From assembly GCA_964587015.1 (NCBI GenBank), contig CAZPKI010000001.1:1-47628 (forward strand): a stretch of 47,628 nt of DNA, in the 5' to 3' direction. Positions within the stretch are counted from its first letter, which is position 1. The number at the start of each line of letters is the position of its first letter. Source of the DNA: an uncultured Limnohabitans sp. Its GTDB lineage: Bacteria > Bacteroidota > Bacteroidia > Cytophagales > Cyclobacteriaceae. The notes below the pieces were generated by a model. That model made no database searches. It was not told the DNA's origin and saw nothing but the letters and a program-made list of their open reading frames with translations. The position numbers were made by a program, and so were the translations under genes. Shown here in pieces: positions 10,277 through 20,021 of the stretch.

Positions 10277-11578
10277 GTGAAGCCAATTAATGAAGTAAAG
10301 ATTGCTGTAATAGGCTTAGGCTATGTTGGCCTTCCCTTGGCGGTAGAATTTTCAAAGAAGTACCCTGTCGTAGGATTTGATATCAATCAAAAGCGAGTAG
10401 GAGAACTGGTCTCAGGCCGCGATGCGACCCTAGAGGTTGAGGATGCATCCCTTTCATCTGTGTTGCTCTTGTCCAATCCTCAAGTAGGTCAAAAAGGCTT
10501 ATTTCCAAGTTTTGATTCCAAGGACTTGAGCGATTGTACGGTATTCATTGTTACGGTTCCTACGCCAACTGATAAGCATAATCGCCCAATTCTTGTCCCA
10601 ATGTTGAGAGCTTCAGAAAACATTGGAAATTATTTAAAGAAAGGGGATGTGGTCATCTATGAATCTACTGTATATCCAGGAGTAACTGAGGATGATTGTG
10701 TGCCAGTATTGGAAAAGGTTTCTGGATTAAAGTTTAATATTGATTTTTATGCAGGGTATTCTCCAGAGCGAATTAATCCAGGAGATAAGGTTCATACCGT
10801 AGCACAGATTGTAAAAGTTACTTCTGGCAGTACTCCAGAAATTGCAGACTTTGTAGATACTTTGTATCGCAGCATCATTACTGCAGGAACTTACAAAGCT
10901 TCTTCGATCAAGGTTGCGGAAGCCTCCAAAGTAATTGAAAACTCACAGCGTGACATCAATATTGCCTTTGTAAATGAGCTGGCAAAGATTTTCAATTTGT
11001 TGGGTATTGATACCCAAGAGGTTTTGGAAGCTGCCGGCACGAAGTGGAATTTTCTAAAATTTAAACCGGGATTAGTCGGCGGACATTGCATCGGAGTAGA
11101 TCCATTTTATTTGGCTCAAAAAGCGCAAGAGGTAGGCTATCATCCCGAAATAATTCTTGCAGGAAGGAGGGTTAATGATAGCATGGGGAAGTTTGTCGCT
11201 ACCGAAATCATCAAGTTGATGATGCGTAAGGATATCAAAGTCTTGGATGCTAAAGTGTTGATTTTAGGGTTTACCTTCAAAGAAAACTGTCCTGATGTAA
11301 GGAATACGCGCGTAATTGATATTTACCATGAATTGCGAACCTTCGACATGGGAGTAGACGTATACGATCCTTGGGCCAATGCTCAAGAAGTGGAGGAGGA
11401 ATATGGAATTAAAATTCAAGTCGGTACTGTCCTTCCTGATATTTCAAAGTATTCGGCAATCGTTCTAGCTGTATCGCACGATGCTTTTGCTACCATGCCG
11501 TTACGAAAAAATGAGAATCAGGTCATCTATGATGTCAAAGGAGTGTTGGATCGATCTTTAGTAGATGCTCGCTTGTAA
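10277..11578 (+). CDS. UDP-N-acetylhexosamine 6-dehydrogenase (TviB/WbpO/CapL family)
   Basis: [55 protein letters not shown]. Confidence 0.9.
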   Translation: MKPINEVKIAVIGLGYVGLPLAVEFSKKYPVVGFDINQKRVGELVSGRDATLEVEDASLSSVLLLSNPQVGQKGLFPSFDSKDLSDCTVFIVTVPTPTDKHNRPILVPMLRASENIGNYLKKGDVVIYESTVYPGVTEDDCVPVLEKVSGLKFNIDFYAGYSPERINPGDKVHTVAQIVKVTSGSTPEIADFVDTLYRSIITAGTYKASSIKVAEASKVIENSQRDINIAFVNELAKIFNLLGIDTQEVLEAAGTKWNFLKFKPGLVGGHCIGVDPFYLAQKAQEVGYHPEIILAGRRVNDSMGKFVATEIIKLMMRKDIKVLDAKVLILGFTFKENCPDVRNTRVIDIYHELRTFDMGVDVYDPWANAQEVEEEYGIKIQVGTVLPDISKYSAIVLAVSHDAFATMPLRKNENQVIYDVKGVLDRSLVDARL

Positions 11579-11804
11579 GTAGAATTTGCCTATTAATTGC
11601 TTGTATTTAAAGTAGTTAGTATTTAACTAGTGGGCATGAGATTGTTTTTGATTGAAGCCGCTTCGTTCATTAAAGAGTAGACCAATGAAAAAAAAGTTGA
11701 CCACTGAAGTAAGTAGCTCAAATCTTTGCAATGTTTTATTTAATTTGCAGTATCTAAGAATCCGAAATGGATTACCTAACCGAAATCAATAACCAATAAT
11801 TACG

Positions 11805-12275
11805 ATGAAACATCCAATGTTCGCTATTTCCTTGAGGAAAACCATGTTGATGGCAGTACTAGTCCTTTTGGCTATGGGTGCCTGTAAAAGCAAAAAGAAG
11901 GCTGTTGAGCCAGCTCCAGCTCAAGAAGTTGTAGCAGAGGTCGTTAAACCTGCTCCTGCTCCTGCTCCAGTGGTTCGTTCTGCAGATGAAGTTGCAGTTG
12001 AAAAGCTTGAAAGTCAATTTGCTTCCATCGCATCAGCTAGCAATGTGACTACGGCGAACCAGTCTATCCAGGAAGTATTGGCCATGTTTTCCAACCCGGA
12101 GACCCCAATTTTGATTGTCATTCATGAGGAAGGTGGAGTTAAAGATTACGATGAGCCAACGACCATCAAGAAGTATTTGGAATACTTGAAAGACACCAAG
12201 AAAAACTTGAATTACATCTCTGATATTCGATTGGCAGGGGGTAAAGTGACTGAATTGGAACTTAAAAGAAAATAA
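11805..12275 (+). CDS. Lipoprotein of unknown function
   Basis: Signal ending LAMGA-C-KSKKK, Pro/Ala linker (PAPAPAP), compact C-terminal domain. Confidence 0.8.
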   Translation: MKHPMFAISLRKTMLMAVLVLLAMGACKSKKKAVEPAPAQEVVAEVVKPAPAPAPVVRSADEVAVEKLESQFASIASASNVTTANQSIQEVLAMFSNPETPILIVIHEEGGVKDYDEPTTIKKYLEYLKDTKKNLNYISDIRLAGGKVTELELKRK

Positions 12276-12299
12276 TCTATCCCCGAAACTATAGTTCAT

Positions 12300-12875
12300 A
12301 TGAAAAATACAGGAATTCTGATCCTAGGGCTATTTCTTGCTACAATGACGGTAGCATTTGCTCAGGACAATATTAGCCCAAGAAGAAAGCAAGCAATTGA
12401 CTCACTTGCTTTGGAAAAGGTAAAAGACCTTTCCAAATACATTTCCATCATTGGAAATAAAGAAACTCAATTTTCTGAGGCAAACCGCGTAATGGATAGA
12501 GCTGAAGAGCTTTTTGCAGCAGGTGCAGAAATGGGAGTTTCTTCCATAAACACGCAAGAGATCGCCTACTACAAAGTAAGAAGATACTTTGAGCGATTGA
12601 TGGCCTTGAATTACGACAAGGTAAATATCACTTGGTACGACATCCAGTATGTCTCTGATTTGGAGAGACAGCCAGATGGTCGATATGTAGGTGTGATTAC
12701 TGTTTACCAGCGCTTTGAGGGTACCTCCATTGAAACTGGCATGAACTACAAGGATACGACCAAAAAGGATATTACCATTTATGTAGAGAAGAAGCAAACT
12801 CAAATTGCTGGCCGTACCATTGAATTTTGGGACGTAATGCTTGGCGATATTCGAGTGACTGAAACTTCCGCATGA
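12300..12875 (+). CDS. Exported protein of unknown function
   Basis: Signal peptide (AFA-QD); ATGA overlap with the next gene. Confidence 0.8.
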   Translation: MKNTGILILGLFLATMTVAFAQDNISPRRKQAIDSLALEKVKDLSKYISIIGNKETQFSEANRVMDRAEELFAAGAEMGVSSINTQEIAYYKVRRYFERLMALNYDKVNITWYDIQYVSDLERQPDGRYVGVITVYQRFEGTSIETGMNYKDTTKKDITIYVEKKQTQIAGRTIEFWDVMLGDIRVTETSA

Positions 12876-13711
12876 GAAAAAGCGTACTGATTTTTGTAAT
12901 TTTTATTTCCTACATCTCTATTGTCTCGGGGCAAGGCTTAGGCAGCCCCGGGACAATAAAAGATGATGGTAGATTTGCAGCCTCTACCAAACAAATGAAC
13001 CAATTTTTCAGAAGGTTCAACGGAGAGGAATCCATAGATGGAACCAAGCGTTTTTATCCTGGTGATTCCCTTTATCAAAATGAAAAGTTAAGAAAGGGAT
13101 TTGTCTCCATACTTTTTGACAACCAATCTTCTGGCATCAGTCCCGAGTTGAAATCTGAATTTATCATCAATATTCTTTCTCCAAACTATCCTCAATATTT
13201 GGTTTTCCATAAACCAGGCTGGATTGCTGAAGTGGATGCAGTATTTTGGTACAAGGGTAAAAAAGAGAAGCTGACCTTTATTATGAAAATCCAGCCTGAG
13301 GGCTTGGGTTACGAATGGGTCATTGATCAAGTGATCTTTGATCCCTTCAAAAACTTATTTAATAAGCCCGTTGGCTCAGCGAAAGATTTTCTCCACCCTC
13401 TAAGTCATGAGCTCGGATTCATGAATATGAGGAGGGCTTTTCAAGACTCAGAAAATCCAGAATCATTTACCCCAACTTCATACAAGCCAGATTATTTAGC
13501 AATTTTCCTTTTTGAGATGAAACAGGATAATTTGCGATTTGAAACGGTTAATGGAGTGAAATTCCATTTTTTCCAGATTGGTGGATGGTATTTTGAAGTA
13601 AATCAATTCAATCGACCAGGATTCAATACGGGGTGGTTAGTTTCCAATTTAATGCGATTAGGCCCAGGAGATAAGGAGACTTTATTGAAGTATATCTATG
13701 ATCAGGATTAG
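12872..13711 (+). CDS. Exported protein of unknown function
   Basis: Signal peptide (VSG-QG); overlaps both neighbours. Confidence 0.8.
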   Translation: MRKSVLIFVIFISYISIVSGQGLGSPGTIKDDGRFAASTKQMNQFFRRFNGEESIDGTKRFYPGDSLYQNEKLRKGFVSILFDNQSSGISPELKSEFIINILSPNYPQYLVFHKPGWIAEVDAVFWYKGKKEKLTFIMKIQPEGLGYEWVIDQVIFDPFKNLFNKPVGSAKDFLHPLSHELGFMNMRRAFQDSENPESFTPTSYKPDYLAIFLFEMKQDNLRFETVNGVKFHFFQIGGWYFEVNQFNRPGFNTGWLVSNLMRLGPGDKETLLKYIYDQD

Positions 13712-16151
13712 TAGGTATACTTTTCTTTTTTTTCTTTTTTGGTTGTCTTTTGTTGCTCAAGGACAGACCATAAAGGGATATTCTACGGAACAATTAACTG
13801 AACTATCCACCAAAGTGGAAGATCAGATTCGTTTCTTAGAATTCCTGCTCAATACAGTTGGTAATTCTCAAACTTCTGCTCGTGATAAGGATGTGATCAT
13901 CCGTGAGAGCTACCTGAAGATTTTCCAAAACGGAAAGGTTCAAGTAGAAGATGATTTAGTCTTCGATCGAAAAGTAGTTACCAATAAAGATGTTACGGCT
14001 TACTTTAGAGACCTTGAATTTTTTTACAAAAACATTGAGTTTAAGTTCAAAATTCGTGAGATCAAGCCAGGCCAGAAGGAAAATGGCCAAGTGTTTTTTT
14101 TAGCCTCTTTAGACCGTACCCTTACCGCTACTGGTTTGAAAGGAGAGAAAATCTCAAATATCAAACCCAGGTTTATTGAAGTAAACCTGGATGAAAAATC
14201 ACAAGAGCTTAAGATTGCAAGCATTTATACTACCAAAATCAGTCGTGATGACGAGTTGAAAGCTTGGTGGACTTCACTTGATCCAGAATGGAAACTCTAC
14301 TTTAAATCTCGTTTTCAGCTTTCCAAAAGTGACTCAGTAGATCTTGGCAAGCTCTATAAATTTGTATCAGTAGATTCCCTTAATTTGTCTGGGAAATCGC
14401 AGATTAAGCACCTTAAACCTCTCTCTGAATTAAGGGATCTTAAGTTTTTGGATATTAGCCATACCGCAATTGAAGATCTTTCCCCGATCTCAAACATTAC
14501 TTTTTTAGAAACCTTGAATCTATCCAGTACCCCGACAGCAGCGATAAAATTCATTAAATATTCAGACAAGCTTAGGGATTTAGACATTTCCAATACCCAA
14601 GTTGAAGATATAAGTGAGCTTGTTAATTTGACTAATTTACGGGTATTTAAAGCATCCAATACCGCTATTCAAAGTTTTGCTGTTCTAAATCAGTTTAAGA
14701 ATTTGAAGTTCCTTGACTTAACAGAAAGTGGATTCAACTCCATAGAGAATATCAAGGATTTAGCGGTTTTGGAAGTATTGTCATTGAGCAAGAACTACAT
14801 TTTAAATTATTCACTTCTTTCAAAACTCAGTTCCTTGGTCACTTTGGACCTTTCACATACCAATTTTGAAGATCTTTCTCCATTGTCAAGTATGAGCAAA
14901 CTTGTGCATTTGGATATCAGTGCTTGCAATATCTCTGACTTATCTCCTGTTGCTTCTCTAAAAAGCTTAGCGAAAATAGCGGCAGATGAAACAAAGGTGA
15001 GTCAAGAAGATGCAACCTTATTTGTTCGAAACCATCCAGATATCCTATTAATTCACCATGTTAAAGACTTGCAATCTTGGTGGGAGGGTTTGTCCTTGGC
15101 TTGGAAAAATGTGCTAATTAAAATCAATCCTGAACTTCAAATTGAAAAGCCCAGAATTGAAATCTTAACGCAGACTTTGAATTTGTCCGAACTCAACTTG
15201 GATGATTCAGGAATTGAAACCTTGATGCCCCTTGTTAGGTTCGTTGCGCTTACGTCAATAAGTGTTTCTAACAATCCAAAGATAGACAATTTACTACCGC
15301 TACAGGAGGTAAAGACGCTACGTCAGTTTACTGCAAAAAATACCAGTATTCAGGATGGTTCTGGATTAAAAGAAAATATGCTGCTCGAACGAATTGACCT
15401 TGAGGGTAGCCCTATTTTGTCAATAGCGGCAATCTCCAGTCTTCCCGAACTTCGCTATCTGAATGTAAATTCTTCGCAAGTGAAGGAAATCGAATTCCCG
15501 GAATTTCTTTTAAGTAGACCAGATGTTTTGGTTATTTATAGATCTGATATTTTGGCAAGCTGGTGGGAAGCGCTCGATGAAGATTGGAAGCAAGTGTTTA
15601 TTGAAAAGTATAAACTTTCAGCTTCTCCAACCACAGAGGAACTGCATCACCTCACTTCTGAGTCTTCTTTAGTGTTAGAAAGAGTTTCATTTACGAGTTT
15701 AGAACCTTTAATAATCTTTTCAAACTTGAGAAAGTTGACTGTTTTTGACGCTCCTGTCATGGTCTTGAATCCATTACGACAGTTGACAAAGCTCACTTCC
15801 TTAAAGCTTTCCCAGTTACCAGCGATCGATTATTTACCTATTGCAAGCTTGTTGGATTTGGTAGAGCTCGACTTATCCAATACAGGCATTGAAGAACTTA
15901 TCGCTTTAACTAAGCTGACCAACTTAAAGAAGTTGAATCTTTCAGGAACAAATATCAAATCGCTTAAGGGAATTGAGACCTTGAAGAAGTTGGAGGAGTT
16001 GGATGTAGCTAGTACAGATTTAAGATCATTGAAAGCCTTGGAGGATCTAGTAGGACTCAAAAAACTGACCTGTTTCAATACGCGTTTGACCCCTCGAAAT
16101 GTTGATTCCTTTAAAGAAACTTTTCCAAAATGTGAGGTGCGCTACTATTAA
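13698..16151 (+). CDS. Exported leucine-rich-repeat (internalin-like) protein
   Basis: Signal peptide, ~180-aa non-LRR N-domain, then many ~22-aa LxxLxxLxLxxTxIxDLxPL repeats in three blocks. Confidence 0.9.
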   Translation: MIRISRYTFLFFLFWLSFVAQGQTIKGYSTEQLTELSTKVEDQIRFLEFLLNTVGNSQTSARDKDVIIRESYLKIFQNGKVQVEDDLVFDRKVVTNKDVTAYFRDLEFFYKNIEFKFKIREIKPGQKENGQVFFLASLDRTLTATGLKGEKISNIKPRFIEVNLDEKSQELKIASIYTTKISRDDELKAWWTSLDPEWKLYFKSRFQLSKSDSVDLGKLYKFVSVDSLNLSGKSQIKHLKPLSELRDLKFLDISHTAIEDLSPISNITFLETLNLSSTPTAAIKFIKYSDKLRDLDISNTQVEDISELVNLTNLRVFKASNTAIQSFAVLNQFKNLKFLDLTESGFNSIENIKDLAVLEVLSLSKNYILNYSLLSKLSSLVTLDLSHTNFEDLSPLSSMSKLVHLDISACNISDLSPVASLKSLAKIAADETKVSQEDATLFVRNHPDILLIHHVKDLQSWWEGLSLAWKNVLIKINPELQIEKPRIEILTQTLNLSELNLDDSGIETLMPLVRFVALTSISVSNNPKIDNLLPLQEVKTLRQFTAKNTSIQDGSGLKENMLLERIDLEGSPILSIAAISSLPELRYLNVNSSQVKEIEFPEFLLSRPDVLVIYRSDILASWWEALDEDWKQVFIEKYKLSASPTTEELHHLTSESSLVLERVSFTSLEPLIIFSNLRKLTVFDAPVMVLNPLRQLTKLTSLKLSQLPAIDYLPIASLLDLVELDLSNTGIEELIALTKLTNLKKLNLSGTNIKSLKGIETLKKLEELDVASTDLRSLKALEDLVGLKKLTCFNTRLTPRNVDSFKETFPKCEVRYY

Positions 16152-16235
16152 GTACATTATTTGATAGTAGACTAGGGTAGGGGGATGATTTGAATCTTTT
16201 AATCTTGTTTTATTAAATCACTATTTGTAAAACCT

Positions 16236-16967
16236 GTGAAAATCGCTGCACTTATTCCTGCCCGCTATGCTTCCACTCGTCTGCCTGCCAAACTGGTTCA
16301 AGATCTTTGTGAACTTTCTGTAATCCAGCGTACCTATCAAAGCACGGTAGCAACGGGAGTATTTGATGAAGTGTGGGTAGTTACTGACCATACCCAAATT
16401 CAAGGTCAAATTTTGGCGATTGGAGGAAATGTAATTCTGAGCAAAAAAGAGCATGAAAGCGGATCCGATCGAATTGCAGAGGCATTGGATCAAGTGGATG
16501 CGGACTTGATTGTAAATGTGCAAGGAGATGAGCCATTTCAAGATGCGGAGACCCTAAGGAATTTGGTGGCAGTTTTTAGCAACTCAGAAGTCAAGGTAGC
16601 AAGCCTAATGTGTGTTTTGGATGCTGGTCAAGTTCAAAACCCCAATTTCGTCAAGGTGGTAGTGGATAAAAATCACCGAGCAATTTATTTTTCAAGGTCA
16701 GCTATTCCATACAATAGGGAAGGGGTTGAACTTACTTATTGGAGGCATATTGGTGTGTATGCCTACCGTCGGGAGATTTTGCAAACTTTTACCAAATGGC
16801 CCAAGGGTCACCTGGAGCAGATCGAACTTTTGGAACAACTTCGCTTGGTCGAAAGAGGAATACCTATTCAGATGGTAGAAACGACTCATCTATCTATTGC
16901 CATAGATACGCAAGAAGATTTGGATACTGCTAGATTATTTATAACTAGAAATTCAAGTAATTTTTAA
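16236..16967 (+). CDS. kdsB: 3-deoxy-manno-octulosonate cytidylyltransferase (CMP-Kdo synthetase)
   Basis: IPARYASTRLPAK, SGSDR, VNVQGDEP, YFSRSAIP, HIGVYAY, LEQLR, IDTQED. Confidence 0.95.
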   Translation: MKIAALIPARYASTRLPAKLVQDLCELSVIQRTYQSTVATGVFDEVWVVTDHTQIQGQILAIGGNVILSKKEHESGSDRIAEALDQVDADLIVNVQGDEPFQDAETLRNLVAVFSNSEVKVASLMCVLDAGQVQNPNFVKVVVDKNHRAIYFSRSAIPYNREGVELTYWRHIGVYAYRREILQTFTKWPKGHLEQIELLEQLRLVERGIPIQMVETTHLSIAIDTQEDLDTARLFITRNSSNF

Positions 16968-17564
16968 TTTATAGATACTTAATCAAATCATAATTGTTTT
17001 TTTTCTATAAAAAATTATAATATAGCAATTCGTTTTATCCTGTAATTAAACTGTATTTACAGAATCTTTGACACTATCCATGGGTTTCAATTGCCTAATT
17101 AGAAAGCAACTTAGCCACAACCTCAACCTCAATTGCAGTTTAAGGTTTCTGGTTTTTTAAGTTGATTATTCGCAAGTATGCTAGTGGCTCGATTGGGTGT
17201 TGCCCGCTACAGATAATCATTTACATGTCATAGCCATGATCCATTATGCTCTTAATTTGAGCTTCAAGCCTTATTTCTTTGGTGGCTGGTGAAAAAATGG
17301 AGAATGATTTAATCAAAAAATAACATGCCAGATAGTTGTAATTACTTGATAATGTAATTTCTTTATGATTAACTTAATGGAATCGTTTATATAACTCCTC
17401 TTTAAAGTTTAATTCTACATTTTTGAGGAGAAAAATAAATAAAAAAAAAACAGTCAAAAATTTTAAAAATTATTTTCTTTTGCTTTTCTTTCTGAACTGA
17501 TAGAATAAATAGCTTACACGCATTCCCCCAAATTAGAAATCATTTTAAACTTTAAAACAAATTT

Positions 17565-19070
17565 ATGGCAACTGTATTAGCAACACCAGGCGTTTACATT
17601 GAAGAAAATAGCGCCTTTGCCTCCTCTGTTGTCCCAGTAGGGACGGCTATTCCCATTTTCCTGGGATATACGCAGAAGGCGGCTCGTGGAACAAAGTCTT
17701 TATCAAACGTTCCAACTCGAATTTCCTCATTTGCGGAATTTGAGCAATTCTTTGGAGGTTCTCCAAAAGTAAAATTCGAAATCAGTGCTGACGCGTCTAG
17801 TGTCAATGGCTACAAGTTGTCCGTTGATGCTTCTACACGTTTCTTGCTGCATTCTGCCGTAAAATTCTTCTATTCAAATGGTGGAGCAGATTGCTACATA
17901 TTGTCAGTAGGTGACTACAATTCTGGCATTAGCGCAAAAGATTTCAATGACGAAGCTACTGGTAAAGGATTACCTCAAGTATTGAAGTACAGCGAACCTA
18001 CTCTTCTAGTAATTCCTGAGGCGATTCTACTTGAGAAAGCAGAGTGTTTTGCTTTGCAGCAAGCTATGTTAATGCACTGCGGATATGCTACAAAGAGCCG
18101 TTTCGCTATTCTTGACGTTTATGACGGAGCTAAGGAAAGAACTTATGCTGACGATGACGTTATCAATCAGTTCAGAGAAGGTGTAGGCGCAAATTTCCTT
18201 CAGTGGGGTGCTGCTTATTATCCTTTCGTTCAGACCACAATCGTTTCTTCTGGTGATGTTAATTTCACAAACATCAGCAACACTGCTGACCTAATTGAAA
18301 TTTTGTCTCAAGAAGTTGATGAAGATTTGGCTGCTGATCGTATCAACCAAGCTAGAGCTAACGCAATCAAGTCAGAATTGGCTAAAATTGAGTCAGCTAC
18401 CACTAAAGAAGAAGTAAATTCTTTGCAAGCTACCTTAAAGGTGGTAAGTGGAAAATTAAATTCCATCTTAACTGCAATCTCCGAAAGTTTGAATTTGCTT
18501 CCTGCAAGTTCTGCTATGGCAGGTGTTTACACAATGGTTGATAGTTCAATTAACGTTGCAAAAGCTCCAGCTAACCTTTCTTTAGGTTCTGTAGTAAGCC
18601 CAAGTGTTCAAATCACAAGCGATACTCAAGAGGAGTTGAACCTTCCTTTGAACGGTAAGGCAATCAATGCTATCCGTTCTTTCCAAGGCAAAGGTGTACT
18701 AGTTTGGGGAGCGCGTACTTTGGACGGCAATAGCCAAGACTGGAGATACATCTCTGTACGTAGAACAATGACTTTCTTGGAGCAAAGTATTAAGGCAGCT
18801 GCAGAAGGTTTTGTATTTGAGCCAAACAACACGACTACTTGGTCAACGTTAAAGGCAACGGTAACTAACTTCTTGAGAAATCAATGGCAAGCTGGTATCT
18901 TGGCTGGTCAAAGCCCTGATGATGCTTTCTCTGTGGAGATTGGCTTAGGTGTTACAATGACGCCAAATGATATTCTAGATGGATTGATGAAAATGACCAT
19001 TAAAGTTGCAATCGTAAGACCAGCTGAATTCATTGTCATCACATTTGAGCAGCAACAACAAAAATCATAA
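17565..19070 (+). CDS. CIS contractile tail sheath (Afp2/3/4, Alg2-like)
   Basis: TPGVYIEE, TAIPIFLGYT, GAAYYP, KAPAN, VWGARTL, WRYISVRR, FVFEPN, RPAEFIVI. Confidence 0.95.
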   Translation: MATVLATPGVYIEENSAFASSVVPVGTAIPIFLGYTQKAARGTKSLSNVPTRISSFAEFEQFFGGSPKVKFEISADASSVNGYKLSVDASTRFLLHSAVKFFYSNGGADCYILSVGDYNSGISAKDFNDEATGKGLPQVLKYSEPTLLVIPEAILLEKAECFALQQAMLMHCGYATKSRFAILDVYDGAKERTYADDDVINQFREGVGANFLQWGAAYYPFVQTTIVSSGDVNFTNISNTADLIEILSQEVDEDLAADRINQARANAIKSELAKIESATTKEEVNSLQATLKVVSGKLNSILTAISESLNLLPASSAMAGVYTMVDSSINVAKAPANLSLGSVVSPSVQITSDTQEELNLPLNGKAINAIRSFQGKGVLVWGARTLDGNSQDWRYISVRRTMTFLEQSIKAAAEGFVFEPNNTTTWSTLKATVTNFLRNQWQAGILAGQSPDDAFSVEIGLGVTMTPNDILDGLMKMTIKVAIVRPAEFIVITFEQQQQKS

Positions 19071-19098
19071 TCAACTACTTTACTAAAATATACTAATT

Positions 19099-19569
19099 AT
19101 GGCAACACCAACCGCAGGAACAGGTGGAGTACAAGACCAATTTTGGCCCTTACCAAAGTTCTACTTCTCCGTTGATATCGGAGATCAGACCGATTTACCT
19201 TTTCAGGAAGTTTCAGGACTAGATATTGATGCAGACGTTATTGAATACAGACATGGAAATAGTCCAATACACTCTGTAATCAAAATGCCTGGATTAAAGA
19301 AATATGGCGATATCACTTTGAAGAAAGGTGTATTCACAACTGACAACAAGTTCTATGAGTGGATTTCTAAAATCAGCTTGAACACTTACGAAAGATTAAC
19401 TGTTGTTATTCGATTGTTGGACGAAGCTGGAGCGCCAAAAATGACTTGGACTTTGACCCATGCATTTGCTAAGCAAATCACTCCAACTGATATGAACTCA
19501 CAAAGCAGTGAGGCGGCTATCGAAACCATTGTGTTCACACACGAAGGATTGAGCATAGAAGCAGCTTAA
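19099..19569 (+). CDS. CIS inner tube protein (gp19 family, Afp1-like)
   Basis: WPLPKFYF, FQEVSGL, IEYRHG, KMPGLKKYGDITLKKG, AIETIVFTHEGL. Confidence 0.95.
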   Translation: MATPTAGTGGVQDQFWPLPKFYFSVDIGDQTDLPFQEVSGLDIDADVIEYRHGNSPIHSVIKMPGLKKYGDITLKKGVFTTDNKFYEWISKISLNTYERLTVVIRLLDEAGAPKMTWTLTHAFAKQITPTDMNSQSSEAAIETIVFTHEGLSIEAA

Positions 19570-19588
19570 TTGCTAGGTATTTCTATCT

Positions 19589-19642
19589 ATACCCGGTACA
19601 AATCTCAATAAACCTATTGAGATGCGTACTGGGTATTTTTTT
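19589..19642 (+). terminator. Intrinsic terminator after the sheath-tube pair
   Basis: ATACCCGGTAC-aa-ATCTCAATA / AACC loop / TATTGAGAT-gc-GTACTGGGTAT (one G-U pair), ending in a T run at 19636-19642. Confidence 0.8.
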
Positions 19643-19783
19643 GATTTGACTTTCCTTTCACCTTGAAAAGAAGAATCTTTACAAGAAAAATTTAAAAAAG
19701 TTTAAATCGTGTGTTCAAAGGATTTTATCCCTAGTTTTAATCCTTAGTTCTTGATTCTAACGCATTTATTTCTATTTTTGATT

Positions 19784-20008
19784 ATGGGAAAGTCGATATT
19801 GCAAGAATTATTGGTGGTTGTCTCTATCCTCCTTCTTTCGGTAGTTTGCCTGCCTATCTTTTTTATGTTCCTTTGGTTTGCCGATACCAGTAAGTCTATT
19901 TCTGATTTATTGTTTTTACCAACAATTTTAAGTGGAGTTGGTGTCCTTTTTTTTAGTTTGTATTTGGGTAGAATGGTATTTGTTTTTTTGAAATCAATTA
20001 AGCCTTAA
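19784..20008 (+). CDS. Small two-TM membrane protein
   Basis: Two hydrophobic segments and a basic C-terminus. ATG at 19784 preferred to TTG 19751; stop 13 nt before the cap gene. Confidence 0.6.
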   Translation: MGKSILQELLVVVSILLLSVVCLPIFFMFLWFADTSKSISDLLFLPTILSGVGVLFFSLYLGRMVFVFLKSIKP

Positions 20009-20021
20009 TTAAATAATTCAC

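Noticed and set aside
17395-17450. CTCCTC/GAGGAG inverted repeat followed by an A run
   Set aside because: 6-bp stem with a 24-nt loop and no T run on the correct side; not a convincing terminator.
16968-17564. Hidden gene or exact Bacteroidota TAnnTTTG promoter upstream of the sheath
   Set aside because: No ORF in the track and no convincing consensus match found by eye; treated as an unresolved regulatory region.
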